From positions 1 to 64,000 of the forward strand of contig BK006938.2 of the NCBI GenBank assembly GCA_000146045.2: a stretch of DNA of 64,000 bases, given 5' to 3'. The position numbers and the translations under genes are program-made. Positions 11,657 to 22,822 of the stretch are shown here, in pieces. This DNA is from TPA_inf: Saccharomyces. Taxonomy: Eukaryota. Below the pieces are notes generated by a model. It was not told where the DNA came from. It saw nothing but the letters and a program-made list of their open reading frames with translations, and ran no database searches. Position 1 is the first letter of the stretch; every line of letters starts with the position of its first letter.

Positions 11657-13360
11657 TCAATTAAAACTCTTTGGGAACTTCAAAACTTCTTTCCAGCTTT
11701 TCTTCTTAGCCTCAGTTTCCCTGGAAGAAGCTCCTCTCCTTGAGGGTGGTACCCAAGATGCAGATTTCCATGGTTTTATACCTTCTTCATATAGTAACTG
11801 GATTTCCTCCAAAGATAGACCAATTGTTTCTGGTAAAAAGAAGAAAACGTACAAAAACATAGCAACCAAACAACCTACGAACACATAACCATAATAGAAG
11901 TGGATAGACCCAGTAATGAATGGTGTGAAAAAACCAATCAAGAATTGCCATAACCAGTTGAATGCAGTCGAAATTGACATTGCTTTAGATTTGACCTTCG
12001 AAGGGAATGACTCGGCAACCACAATATAAGCAACAGGGGCCCATGTCGTTGCAAAGCAGAATATATAGAAGCATGTGAACACAATCATGGCATTACCTGC
12101 ACCTTTCGAGGATGGACCATCCTGGCCATGAGGGTAAAGACATTTTACCCCGATACTTGCAAATATGACCATACAAGCCATCATTGAAGCCGCTCCGAAT
12201 AACAGACATTTACGACGGCCTATTTTGTCTACGACCATAACAGCAATAATAGTGGAGAAGAAATTCACTGTACCTAGGACGATCGAAGTCTCAAACCCAT
12301 CAGTAAGCCCAACTGATTTGAAAATGGTAGTTCCGTAGAAGAAGAAGTAGTTTTCACCAGTAAGTTGCAAAAAGGTTTGCACAAGAATACCTGTGATCAA
12401 ACGTTGAAGGACTTTTGTTTTGACGGAGAAAAGTTCTTTCCATGAGGCTTCCCCTAGTTCTCTTTGGGCAAGGACACCGGCGTTGATTTCATCAGCCTGT
12501 TTGAGTACCCATGGATCCTCTGGTGAAACCTTGTTGATCTTGGCGATGGAGACACAGGCCTCTTCATGTCTCTCACATTCAATCAGATATCTTGGGGACT
12601 CTGGAACTAATAACATGCCAACGATGATAATTAGAGCCCACAGAAAGCATAGTCCCACAGGAATCCTCCATTGCGCAGTATTACTATACTTCCTTGTTCC
12701 ATAAACGCTACAATAACCCAAGAAAATACCGAAGGTCATGTTAAGTTGGTACAATGAGACAAGTCCACCTCTCAAATCTGTGGGGGCTATTTCAGATAAA
12801 AGCATTGGACACAACACCGAACAGCCACCAGCACCAAGACCGTAGATGATCTTACCGACAAAGTATTGGTACCATTTGTGATTCGAACTGATCTGAATAA
12901 TTGCACCAACCATATATACCAAAACCACGATTACAATTGCTAGCCTTCTACCTAAAGTATCAGCAAGTCTCGCAAAAGCAACACCGCCAATGGAACATCC
13001 TACACTGAACATGGCCACGAGAAGACCCATACGCACGTTGCTCAAATAATACTCACCAGTACTGTGCTTGTAAGAACCAAAATTCATTTTAAAGTTATCC
13101 ATATTGATGAAGCCTGCAGTAATACCACTATCCCAACCAGGTAAAAAACCGCCAAAGGATACAGGATAGCATAGTAAGTAGATAATAAGGTAACCTAAAA
13201 AGCCTCTCTTCGGTGCGTCTGGCGTATTTCCATTAATGACTTCTTTGTCATAAAACCCGTCTGACCATTCTTTCTCTCCGGGTGGCTGTACATGAACGTC
13301 AGCTGCACTACTGTTTAGATTATCTGCATTAATTTCTGGTGAGGACTGTTCGCTTGCCAT
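11657..13360 (-). CDS. HXT15: Hexose transporter family member, 567 aa
   Basis: ATG at 13360 (minus); 567 aa; sugar-porter signatures PESPRYL and DTLGRR, and PETIGLSLEEI near the C-terminus; HXT16 on chrX is the paralog; named by synteny. Confidence 0.9.
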   Translation of the reverse strand: MASEQSSPEINADNLNSSAADVHVQPPGEKEWSDGFYDKEVINGNTPDAPKRGFLGYLIIYLLCYPVSFGGFLPGWDSGITAGFINMDNFKMNFGSYKHSTGEYYLSNVRMGLLVAMFSVGCSIGGVAFARLADTLGRRLAIVIVVLVYMVGAIIQISSNHKWYQYFVGKIIYGLGAGGCSVLCPMLLSEIAPTDLRGGLVSLYQLNMTFGIFLGYCSVYGTRKYSNTAQWRIPVGLCFLWALIIIVGMLLVPESPRYLIECERHEEACVSIAKINKVSPEDPWVLKQADEINAGVLAQRELGEASWKELFSVKTKVLQRLITGILVQTFLQLTGENYFFFYGTTIFKSVGLTDGFETSIVLGTVNFFSTIIAVMVVDKIGRRKCLLFGAASMMACMVIFASIGVKCLYPHGQDGPSSKGAGNAMIVFTCFYIFCFATTWAPVAYIVVAESFPSKVKSKAMSISTAFNWLWQFLIGFFTPFITGSIHFYYGYVFVGCLVAMFLYVFFFLPETIGLSLEEIQLLYEEGIKPWKSASWVPPSRRGASSRETEAKKKSWKEVLKFPKSFN

Positions 13361-16203
13361 TTTTTTCCTTTAGTTTCCTTTCCTCCTTTTCTGTCAATAA
13401 TATCAATAGTTTTACTTCTATGGATAGTAATAAGACTAAACCTGAAGCAAACAATGAATTACTTACTTTCTTTATACGTTTGAAAGTTGGTGATTACAGG
13501 CCAACACTGGAGTTATCATACTTGAGTTATATAACCATGTTTAACTTTTTTGCAGAGCATTCGGAAAATCAAACCTTTAGCTGATTGCACTTATGATATT
13601 GAAAGGTTCAAGATGCGCAGTACAAGTCCTCGTTTGTTTACATCATCTACCTTGCCTGACTTCTTTGCTAAATTGTGCCTCTGCGCAGTGCACGTTCAAA
13701 AGAAAAGCATACCCCGCACTCTACTGTTTTTGCATTTTAGCTTTTAAGTTTTAAGTTACTACCACTGTAGCGCACAAAGCTAAAAATAATTTTGCCTGCA
13801 GCAGGCTAGCTGCATATTCATAGGCACATCATGAATTTACTGTAATACGAGACGGAGTTAAGCAAAACGGAGTTAACACAGGCGGAGACATGAAACAAGT
13901 TCAACTTCAGTAATAGTAATTGTCACGCAATATCTTGTGGAAATTTGCGTACAAGATTTTTTAAGCGCCAAAGGAGCCAAATACGGAAATAATTACCTAG
14001 TCCTTACCAAAGAAATAAAGAAAAAGAAAAAGAAAAACTGCAAACGTATAAGATATTTGGTACATTTTAAGAAGGGGATATTCACTTTAATGATCATATC
14101 GCTGATTTAGTAACCCAGATCAAGGACAAAGTTACTATTGTCGTCTTTTAAGGTGGAATCTGTGGTTAGGATCTTTACGAGTACCTAGATGATGTCATCT
14201 TTATGCCTAAGAGGTCTAGTGTCATAATTTGTTCAACGTTGCTTTTACCTCTGGCAATACTCCACAATATTTCAGGATTTGCTGCCAAAGTCCATTTTGT
14301 GCAAGAGAATGTTTATTACTGTTTTGATCGATTATGTTATCGAGGATTCTGAAAAAATGGTTTATGTCATCCGTCTGAGAAATTATGACGGAAGAATGTA
14401 AGCTGCCGGTTACAGGTAAGCAAAATATTTGCAAAGGAATTTTGAGAATTTATGGCTCGACGGCGAGATTTGAACTGTAAACGGATATGGTGAAATGAAG
14501 TAAGGGCATAATATTATCCAGCAGCTGTTCTCCCATATAGTGCGCCAAAATTGTAAACATTTTTTATATATTACGCTTTCTCCATGTGCAGGTCAATTTT
14601 ATTCTTCTTTTCGTTGAAGTGATGTTACCTCATACAATGATTCAACTATAGCACCGTTTCATGCTAAGTTATTTGCACATTCTCCTTACCACAATTCCGT
14701 ACAATTTAAAAATTTGAATAAAGCAGTATTGCAACAAGGCGTTACAGTCTTTGTTACCCTAAGCATGTCTCAAGAATCTATTCATGTGTGTTCATGGCTC
14801 TTCTTAAGATAATATTTCATACCTGGGGTGGCCGTTTCATATTTCTGTTTCTCTAACTTTATACCAGGAGAATTCCTTGTCTAATTTGCTACAAGTACCT
14901 TTTCAATATAAATAATTTTCAGTTAATTAACAGAGTAGGAAGAGGAAGGAACAAAAACTATCGCTTATCTTCTTGCATAGGGGTAGTGGAGTAAAGATAC
15001 AAGTATTCGAGAAATAGATATACATTAAAATAGCATTACTATCCCGGGAATCTTGTTGCCATAAGGTGCTTTTATGATATCAAACCAGGGGGGAGAATAT
15101 TTGGGAAGTAATTGGGAAGTAATTGTATGTATTTCTAAAATTTTTGGATACTCAACTTTTAAATTCAAAATAGTTATATTTGTTATCGAAATGTAGTAGA
15201 AATATTCTAAGTAACCAATTTCAAAACTGCATCTATCTTTGGATAAACTGGTGTGATAAGATATACATTGAATGCTGATGTCCATCACACATATGTTTAC
15301 ACTGGCGTCGCTCTGTACCTATTTCAGAATAGATTAATGACAAAGTAAAAGTTCAATAGGCGGGCGGAAAAAATTAGAGATTCATTGAATCTCTAATTTA
15401 TTTAAAGTTTATAAGTCGTTACATATTTTTCTATGGTAAGTTCCTGGATGTTCTGGTACATCGAGCGTATTTAATATGTCCATTTGGCATGTCCTTTATA
15501 TGCCCATCTTGTATAAGGTAGTTTTAAATTCTAAGTTATTCAATACTACTGACTAATCATTGTTAATAGCAATTTCGCAGTCATGTTGGGCTCAAAATAC
15601 TATAGTCATTTTTGTGATTTTTTTTTTTTATTATTTTGATTGAAGAAGGAACAATTCGAAATATGGAGAAAACGTAAAAAATGTTAGAGTTATAATCGAA
15701 ATTATCCTAGTTCAGATACTGAAACTTAGGCATAGGTGTAGTCACAAGGTATTTCCCTTTACATATATATTTGTATATGTGCATTCTCTTTCGGGCCAAC
15801 TGGGATATGCGATTAAGCGTTTTGCCGGCGTAATGTTTTAAGGGAATAAGATTGGCGCGTTAATGCATAAAGACAGCAATCACCTGGAGGTAACAGCGTT
15901 AATGCATTTATCGATTTTTGGCTATGATGCAATGAGCTCAATTCGAATTGGATGGCTTATGAACTATGAAATATACGAATTATTCAACTAGCAGAAGGCT
16001 TGAAATATTACTTATCCAGGTTATGTAAAATGGTGCTGTTATAGCAAAATAAGCAACATCAATCTCTTGTGACGACAGCAAACAAAACATATAAAAACCT
16101 CGTATTATCATCTTCATGAACAATATTCTTGTCCATTCTTTCGTTCTTTTACCTTTTCAATTATATAAAAATACCACAACAACAATACACATACTTCCAA
16201 GCT

Positions 16204-17226
16204 ATGTCTACAGACAAGATCACATTTTTGTTGAACTGGCAACCAACCCCATACCATATTCCAATTTTCTTGGCTCAAACCAAAGGTTACTTCAAGGAGC
16301 AAGGTCTAGACATTGCCATCCTAGAACCAACCAATCCTTCGGATGTCACTGAGTTAATTGGATCTGGTAAGGTCGACATGGGTTTGAAAGCCATGATCCA
16401 CACCTTGGCTGCCAAGGCCCGTGGTTTCCCAGTGACCTCTGTTGCCTCTTTGTTGGACGAACCATTCACCGGTGTCTTGTACTTAAAGGGCAGTGGTATC
16501 ACTGAAGACTTCCAGTCCCTAAAGGGCAAGAAGATCGGTTACGTTGGTGAATTTGGTAAGATCCAAATCGATGAATTGACCAAGCACTACGGTATGAAGC
16601 CAGAAGACTACACCGCTGTCAGATGTGGTATGAATGTCGCCAAGTACATCATTGAAGGTAAGATCGATGCCGGTATCGGTATCGAATGTATGCAACAAGT
16701 TGAATTGGAAGAATACTTGGCTAAGCAAGGTAGACCAGCTTCTGATGCTAAAATGTTGAGAATTGACAAGTTGGCTTGCTTGGGTTGCTGTTGTTTCTGT
16801 ACCGTTCTTTACATCTGCAACGATGAATTTTTGAAGAAGAACCCTGAAAAGGTCAGAAAGTTCTTGAAAGCCATCAAGAAGGCAACCGACTACGTTCTAG
16901 CCGACCCTGTGAAGGCTTGGAAAGAATACATCGACTTCAAGCCTCAATTGAACAACGATCTATCCTACAAGCAATATCAAAGATGTTACGCTTACTTCTC
17001 TTCATCTTTGTACAATGTTCACCGTGACTGGAAGAAGGTTACCGGTTACGGTAAGAGATTAGCCATTCTGCCACCAGACTATGTCTCGAACTACACTAAT
17101 GAATACCTGTCCTGGCCAGAACCAGAAGAGGTTTCTGATCCTTTGGAAGCCCAAAGATTGATGGCTATTCATCAAGAAAAATGCAGACAGGAAGGTACTT
17201 TCAAGAGATTGGCTCTTCCAGCTTAA
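16204..17226 (+). CDS. THI13: HMP-P synthase of the THI5/NMT1 family (thiamine pyrimidine moiety biosynthesis), 340 aa
   Basis: First ATG in frame at 16204 ([18 protein letters not shown]); the track's 16129 start is non-ATG. THI5/11/12/13 are near-identical, so THI13 is assigned by chrIV position next to AAD4 and HXT15. Confidence 0.85.
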   Translation: MSTDKITFLLNWQPTPYHIPIFLAQTKGYFKEQGLDIAILEPTNPSDVTELIGSGKVDMGLKAMIHTLAAKARGFPVTSVASLLDEPFTGVLYLKGSGITEDFQSLKGKKIGYVGEFGKIQIDELTKHYGMKPEDYTAVRCGMNVAKYIIEGKIDAGIGIECMQQVELEEYLAKQGRPASDAKMLRIDKLACLGCCCFCTVLYICNDEFLKKNPEKVRKFLKAIKKATDYVLADPVKAWKEYIDFKPQLNNDLSYKQYQRCYAYFSSSLYNVHRDWKKVTGYGKRLAILPPDYVSNYTNEYLSWPEPEEVSDPLEAQRLMAIHQEKCRQEGTFKRLALPA

Positions 17227-17576
17227 ACGCACTTCGTCACTCCTCGAGCGTAGCCTTCCTCTACGACTTGTTTATGATTTCCCATTAGGTTTTTTTTCCT
17301 CCCTGATATTTAGATATTTACTATTAAGATATTATTTATGAGCCTTTTATTACAGCTTCTTTTCCCTTGTAATTATCGTACTTGCCTCCAAGTATCGAAA
17401 GTCTTGTGTTGCCTCGATTTACCACTTCAAATGCTGTAACCTGCACAATTTACGCCTGAATTAGGTGAGGGATAAAGACTGTTTTTAGGTGCGGCTTATT
17501 CAAAAGTATAAAAGTAGATAGCGTGGAATATATAAGGACATATTTCTTACACAAACGCACCAAAAAAGAAATCTGA

Positions 17577-18566
17577 TTAATCGAAGGAAATCTGCGCAGA
17601 CATTGCCGTGAGAAGTGAAGCCTTCTTGGTAACAGCCGGATCATCACCGATAAAATTAGTAGGAAAACCAACATCAAAAGGAATAATACTTTCTAAGTAT
17701 TCTATCTGTTCTGGTGTCAGTTTGATACTTAAAGCCTCAATGTTCTGTTTGAGGTGTTCAATTTTCCTTCCACCAACCAATGGGAAAACATTTTTCGCCT
17801 TAGAGCGAACATAGGCAATAGCAATAGCAGTAACAGACTCAGTGCCATGTTCCTCAGCAACCTTGGCCAATGCTTCACTGATCTTAACCTCTTTATCCGT
17901 CTGTTTAGAAGTACCCGAAACAGTACGCAGACCCTCTCCATTCTTCTTCCGTTCCTCCATTGCTTTTTTACTCTGAAATCTTCCACCTCCCATAACATCC
18001 CATGGGGCTAGAGCCATACCAAAATGTCTGGCCATTGGAATGATATCGCGCTCAAAGTCCCTGTTCAACACATTCCATTTACCTTGATAGATACTAAAAG
18101 GAGTTTTCCCATGAGATGTGGCGTAGTAGTTTGCCGCAGAAACAACCCAAGCAGGTGTATCAGACACACCCAAATAGAGGACTTTGCCCTGCTGAACTAA
18201 AATATGCAAACTATCCATAACTTCTTCGATTGAACTCATATAATCCCACCAGTGAACGTAAAGTATATCAATCCAATCAGTTTGCAATTTGCGGAGAGAA
18301 TCCCTCACACTCACATGTAAACTATGCTTGTGATTACCACAATAGTTGGCACTTTTACCGCCACCTACTTCATACTTCTTATAATCTCCGGTAAACTTGG
18401 TGGCAATTACAATTTGGTCACGCAACTTTCTTGATTTCATCCATTCACCTATCCAAATCTCTGACTCTTCATTTTGGTAACTGTTTGCAGTATCAATGCA
18501 ATTACCTCCTGCTTCATAAAAAGCATCAAGAAGTTCAAAAGCCTGTTCCTTATTCATAGAGCCCAT
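17577..18566 (-). CDS. AAD4: Aryl-alcohol dehydrogenase-like aldo-keto reductase, N-terminally truncated relative to full-length AADs, 329 aa from the first ATG
   Basis: First ATG in frame is [30 protein letters not shown] (plus-strand cat at 18564-18566). The frame stays open a further 68 codons upstream to 18770 and encodes [34 protein letters not shown], homologous to AAD N-termini, but the first codon there is TTG, not ATG. Confidence 0.8.
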   Translation of the reverse strand: MGSMNKEQAFELLDAFYEAGGNCIDTANSYQNEESEIWIGEWMKSRKLRDQIVIATKFTGDYKKYEVGGGKSANYCGNHKHSLHVSVRDSLRKLQTDWIDILYVHWWDYMSSIEEVMDSLHILVQQGKVLYLGVSDTPAWVVSAANYYATSHGKTPFSIYQGKWNVLNRDFERDIIPMARHFGMALAPWDVMGGGRFQSKKAMEERKKNGEGLRTVSGTSKQTDKEVKISEALAKVAEEHGTESVTAIAIAYVRSKAKNVFPLVGGRKIEHLKQNIEALSIKLTPEQIEYLESIIPFDVGFPTNFIGDDPAVTKKASLLTAMSAQISFD

Positions 18567-18958
18567 AAAGCCTGACCATGCATCGCCGATTGAAGCTCCT
18601 CCCAGAATTAGCGGTGAAACTCTTATGCCGGCAGTTTTAGAAAGAACCCTGAGACGTCCCAACTCGGTAGGTGGTTCAGGTAGAGGTTTAAATAATTCAC
18701 TAATATTATTGAATAATATTTTGTAGCTATAGGAAGTGTATTCTAGTGAAATACAAAGCCGCTCAGTCAATTCGTCAGCTGGCCGATGAAAGGAAGAACT
18801 GCAACTGTCCTTGATCTGGAAATATTGTCATGACTTTTATATGGTTCAAAAATCTGCCCCCAATTTGTTCGAGGATATTTAGTGCAACTTAGTTGGGTCT
18901 TGGAACGAGGTCTGCTTACTAATTTTATGTTGACGGTTGAAAGCGGATTTTAAAACGT

Positions 18959-19312
18959 ATGAATTTAGAAGAGAGCCAATCAAATAGGGGTACGCTTAAT
19001 ATTAAAAAAATATTAGTAATTGTTTGTATGACGAATAAAATTTGTAAGCACCTGATCCAATCCTTATTATTGAGCAAGAGACGTCTTGTTTCTGTACTCT
19101 TTGATAACTATCAAGGCGACATGAAACTAAGGTCATCTCCATCTGCCATTCCTCTAGTTCCGTCAACGAAAATTCTTCAAGCTATGGAGGCCCGGAACGA
19201 CATTGTTGACAGTCTGATCATCAATAGTCACGCAACGGAAAGTGATCGCCGGACTTTAGGAGACCATGAGGTTAGACAATGTGAGGATACCAACTTCGGC
19301 TTCAAAATTTGA
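18959..19312 (+). CDS. Small ORF of unknown function, 117 aa, at the position of YDL242W; weak coding evidence
   Basis: ATG at 18959, 117 aa; no recognisable domain; lies just inside the subtelomeric block. Confidence 0.3.
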   Translation: MNLEESQSNRGTLNIKKILVIVCMTNKICKHLIQSLLLSKRRLVSVLFDNYQGDMKLRSSPSAIPLVPSTKILQAMEARNDIVDSLIINSHATESDRRTLGDHEVRQCEDTNFGFKI

Positions 19313-20523
19313 TACAGGTTAATTTTGAAGGCAACATTTAGGTTCGGCCTTATTTAAAAAAACCTTCAGGTACGCGTTCAAGATCCCATTTTAAAGGTAT
19401 AGGCAGATTGCACTATTTTACCGGCAAATGTGCGAATATCGAAACTGGAAGATGTTTTCAAGAAAATTGATTTAAGATCCATTTGTCGTGTTTAGAGTTC
19501 TCATTGTTCTGGTCAATGATTTCAAACTCAAAAGGCACAAGAAACTTACAAAATTTGTTTCTTATGAACATTACGCCATGTTCTTTGCGAGCATGTGCTA
19601 TACAGTCTTGCTAGAAAATGGCCCTATAATTAGAAAGCTCAAAAAATAACCCAATGCTGCATCGATTTTTGGAGAAAGGGGGTCAATCATCATCTATCTT
19701 CATAAATAACGAGTTGCAGAAAAATTGGAAACTGGTTGATTTTGAAAAGTTTTCATTTTTCTGGCAACAAATTATAGCTACAAAAAAAGAAGTTATGGCG
19801 CATAAGATGCATCAATATATGGTGTGACCAGATTGGACGTAACTAGTACTCATGTTATTATTCATATCCTTCATTTTTCCTTCTTTTCTTCTCCTTCTCG
19901 AACAGTAACTTCAGATTGAAAGACGTGAGGATGCTTTAGAATGCACATTAAAATTAATATACTACTGGCCTCTTGTGTTTGTCATTGGCTTCTATTTTCA
20001 ATAAAACATCCAGACAACCCTGCTGTTAATTTTGGAAAAAAAATTTCGCCGATTCTAATCATGTGACTCCTTTTCCCCAGGCAATACCGGAGAAAGCGTT
20101 CTATCTCAAACTATATAATTTGCGCTGCTCGTCTCCAAGCCCATGCTAGTGTTTACTTTCGGTTGTAAAAGGTAACTAGAAGTTTTAACGCAAGCATTGT
20201 ATTATATTTTCCCACAATTGCTCTTAAGGACCTTTTTTTTTCTTGCGTGATCCTGCACTATTGAAAAGTCTTTATCAAAAATAGATGAAACTTTTTCAGG
20301 GTTCAACATTTAGAGGCTTTTCTCATATTCTTTACTCAGTTGCCTGCGAAGACCCTTCTGCCCGCTGCGCATTTTCTTAGAAAATCAAAAAAATTGCCTT
20401 TTCATCTTTTACCTTCCGAGTTGAATATGTTGACTATTTGCAAACAGGCGTATGATTGTCGTATATAACAGGGCACTTTCGGCAGTGAATCAATAGGAGG
20501 CGTATAAGAAAAGCCAATTAGTA

Positions 20524-20525
<2 letters not shown>

Positions 20526-20562
<37 letters not shown>
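20526..20562. repeat. (AT)18 dinucleotide microsatellite
   Basis: Seen directly: uninterrupted atatat... run about 75 bp upstream of the YDL241W ATG. Confidence 0.95.
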
Positions 20563-20564
<2 letters not shown>

Positions 20565-20634
20565 CTTTATTATAATTCCTATCAGCGATTTTTGCATCAC
20601 ACCCAAGAAAAATCTATAATAGAGACACAAAAAA

Positions 20635-21006
20635 ATGAACGTAACTGAAAATGCTCTATTGTTTAAGTGCGGTAGCAAGGGCTATATTAATCAAACCTAT
20701 ACGCCGACAGAAATTTATAATTGTGGGGTAGCTGAAGGAAAGAAAACTGCTAAAGAAAAGAACCCAACTTATTCAATTTTTTATGATACATTTCTCACTG
20801 GGCAGCCTGCTGAAAGTCCTGAAACGTTTACGTGTGGTTCGCATGGCTTCACAAATGCGAGTTATGTGGCAAGCGACTTTTATGCATGTGGTTTTCTGCA
20901 AGGGAAAGGTACAGAAACCAATGCGGGAATACATAATACAAGGCCTTCTCATTCTCTCGCCAAATTTACCATACTGTTCATGCTAGTGTTGTATACAATT
21001 GTCTAA
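20635..21006 (+). CDS. Uncharacterised 123-aa protein with an internally duplicated Cys-containing module and a hydrophobic C-terminal tail, at the position of YDL241W
   Basis: ATG at 20635. Two tandem about-28-aa modules (KCGSKGYINQTYTPTEIYNCGVAEGKKT and TCGSHGFTNASYVASDFYACGFLQGKGT) then FTILFMLVLYTIV. The internal repeat argues against a random ORF. Confidence 0.5.
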   Translation: MNVTENALLFKCGSKGYINQTYTPTEIYNCGVAEGKKTAKEKNPTYSIFYDTFLTGQPAESPETFTCGSHGFTNASYVASDFYACGFLQGKGTETNAGIHNTRPSHSLAKFTILFMLVLYTIV

Positions 21007-22822
21007 TTCTCAAGGTATGACACTTTGGATTGGTGGTCGCAGTAGCCACCATATAATTTTTTATCGTTTCTACATATAATACGAGACAGTCAGACAGAAC
21101 TTTGGGTCGCCTGAGAAGAAAGACTATAAAAATGTAACCCGTCAGTAGGACTCATCTTAAAACAGTGGGTAATTTACTAAGGAGGCTGGAAAAACTGCGA
21201 TAATCGGCTTATAGTACATATATATAGAATAATCATTAATCGAGCCTTTACCGCGAAATTCATGGATTTCTCAAAAACAAAGGTGCAATTACATGTTAAG
21301 CACCGAATTTCTATGCGAAACAGGTCCGTCTCATCAGTCATAGCTTTCCAAGTATATAAAACTTGAACGCAAAAGTGCGTCATCGACGCCTTTTTTTGCG
21401 CAAGGATTGTTACTATTCATTTAATGAACTCTGATGTCTTAATAAGCCAATGGTATCCATAAGTGAAGGTGAAGTCTACTGTGTTACATTAGCAAGTCAG
21501 AACTCCTATACGATACAGTATACTGCATTATGGGCACTAAAATAATTTAGATTATAGAAAATATCGATACTATGCTTCCACTTCTCACGAAGCGGCCATG
21601 TTTTAAATGAAGTACGTTAACGCTAACACAAGGCTTGACAACTTTCATGAGCGTCAAATAGTCTACGTGTGGGCTCACTTTTTCAGATTTCTTCTTGGCT
21701 TTTGTGAGATGTATAATTAACAATAATCATAAAATCGCTACATAAAACAAAGCATAAAAAATTACAGATTTCCTGTTCAAAAATCAAATCGGTCCAGTTC
21801 AGCTATTGTTCTGCCGTTGTTCATGCTCAGAAAATTGGACCATGGTGTCATCTAACTTTAGTTGGTCCCATTAAGCTCTCTTCTGTATATCATGTTTGCC
21901 ATATTGTCATATCATCTGCTTAGTATTAAACCGTTGTGGAAAACAAGAAAATTGCGAATTACTAGTATAGAAAATGCATTCTAAGTCGCCTGTGATTCCA
22001 ATAGCAAAGAAATTGATCTTAATGGAAGTAGGAAATAGCTGTGGCAAAGAGACAGGATACTAAGATTGGTTTAAGGCGAGGTCATACTTAGCTATTTCCT
22101 TCACCAACATTGGTTTTCGAACAGTCAAGAGATGAAAACGCAAAAAAGTGCACTATAAAGTAAATACTCAAACGTTCCCAAAACAAAACGAGAAGAAGCG
22201 ATAGGCACCTCAAAACTGAAATTATGGGCAAACAATATAACCCGTAAAAGATCACTTTACGACCAGAACATAATCAACATGGGTGGCCCCCATGTTGTAC
22301 TCAGTTAGCTTTTTGAGCTAGCAAATATATCAAGAAGCCCGCATGTGCTACTTACGTTTGAATTACTTCTCGTTGTAACGCACTTTTCTACAACGTACCT
22401 CACTAGTAAATATAACTTAATGCTTGCAGGTTAGCCCATCGCTACAACACCTCCCCACAAAGTATTTACTTCAAGAAATCGATCTTGGCGAGTATATCCT
22501 TATCTTTATGTAAGTATCTTTTTCGTCTTCAAAGTATGCCGGGTATTGATGGGCACGGAAGATGTAAACAAAATGGAAAACAAATAAGAACAGAATCTGA
22601 AACGTCATTTGAGAATTTAAAATATGTAAATCATTCCTCTCGAGCCAACCAAGGCTGTTCTTGCTAGAAACCAGCAATTGGGCTTCTCATTCAAAACAGT
22701 ATCCGTCTTTGCCTTAACATTGTTATTTGGCCTTTATCCCAGATATACGCAACCGTATTTATTCAAATCCAAAGAAAAAAAGAGCAGACAAATTATCAAA
22801 CAACAAGTACCGGAGGTGAGCA

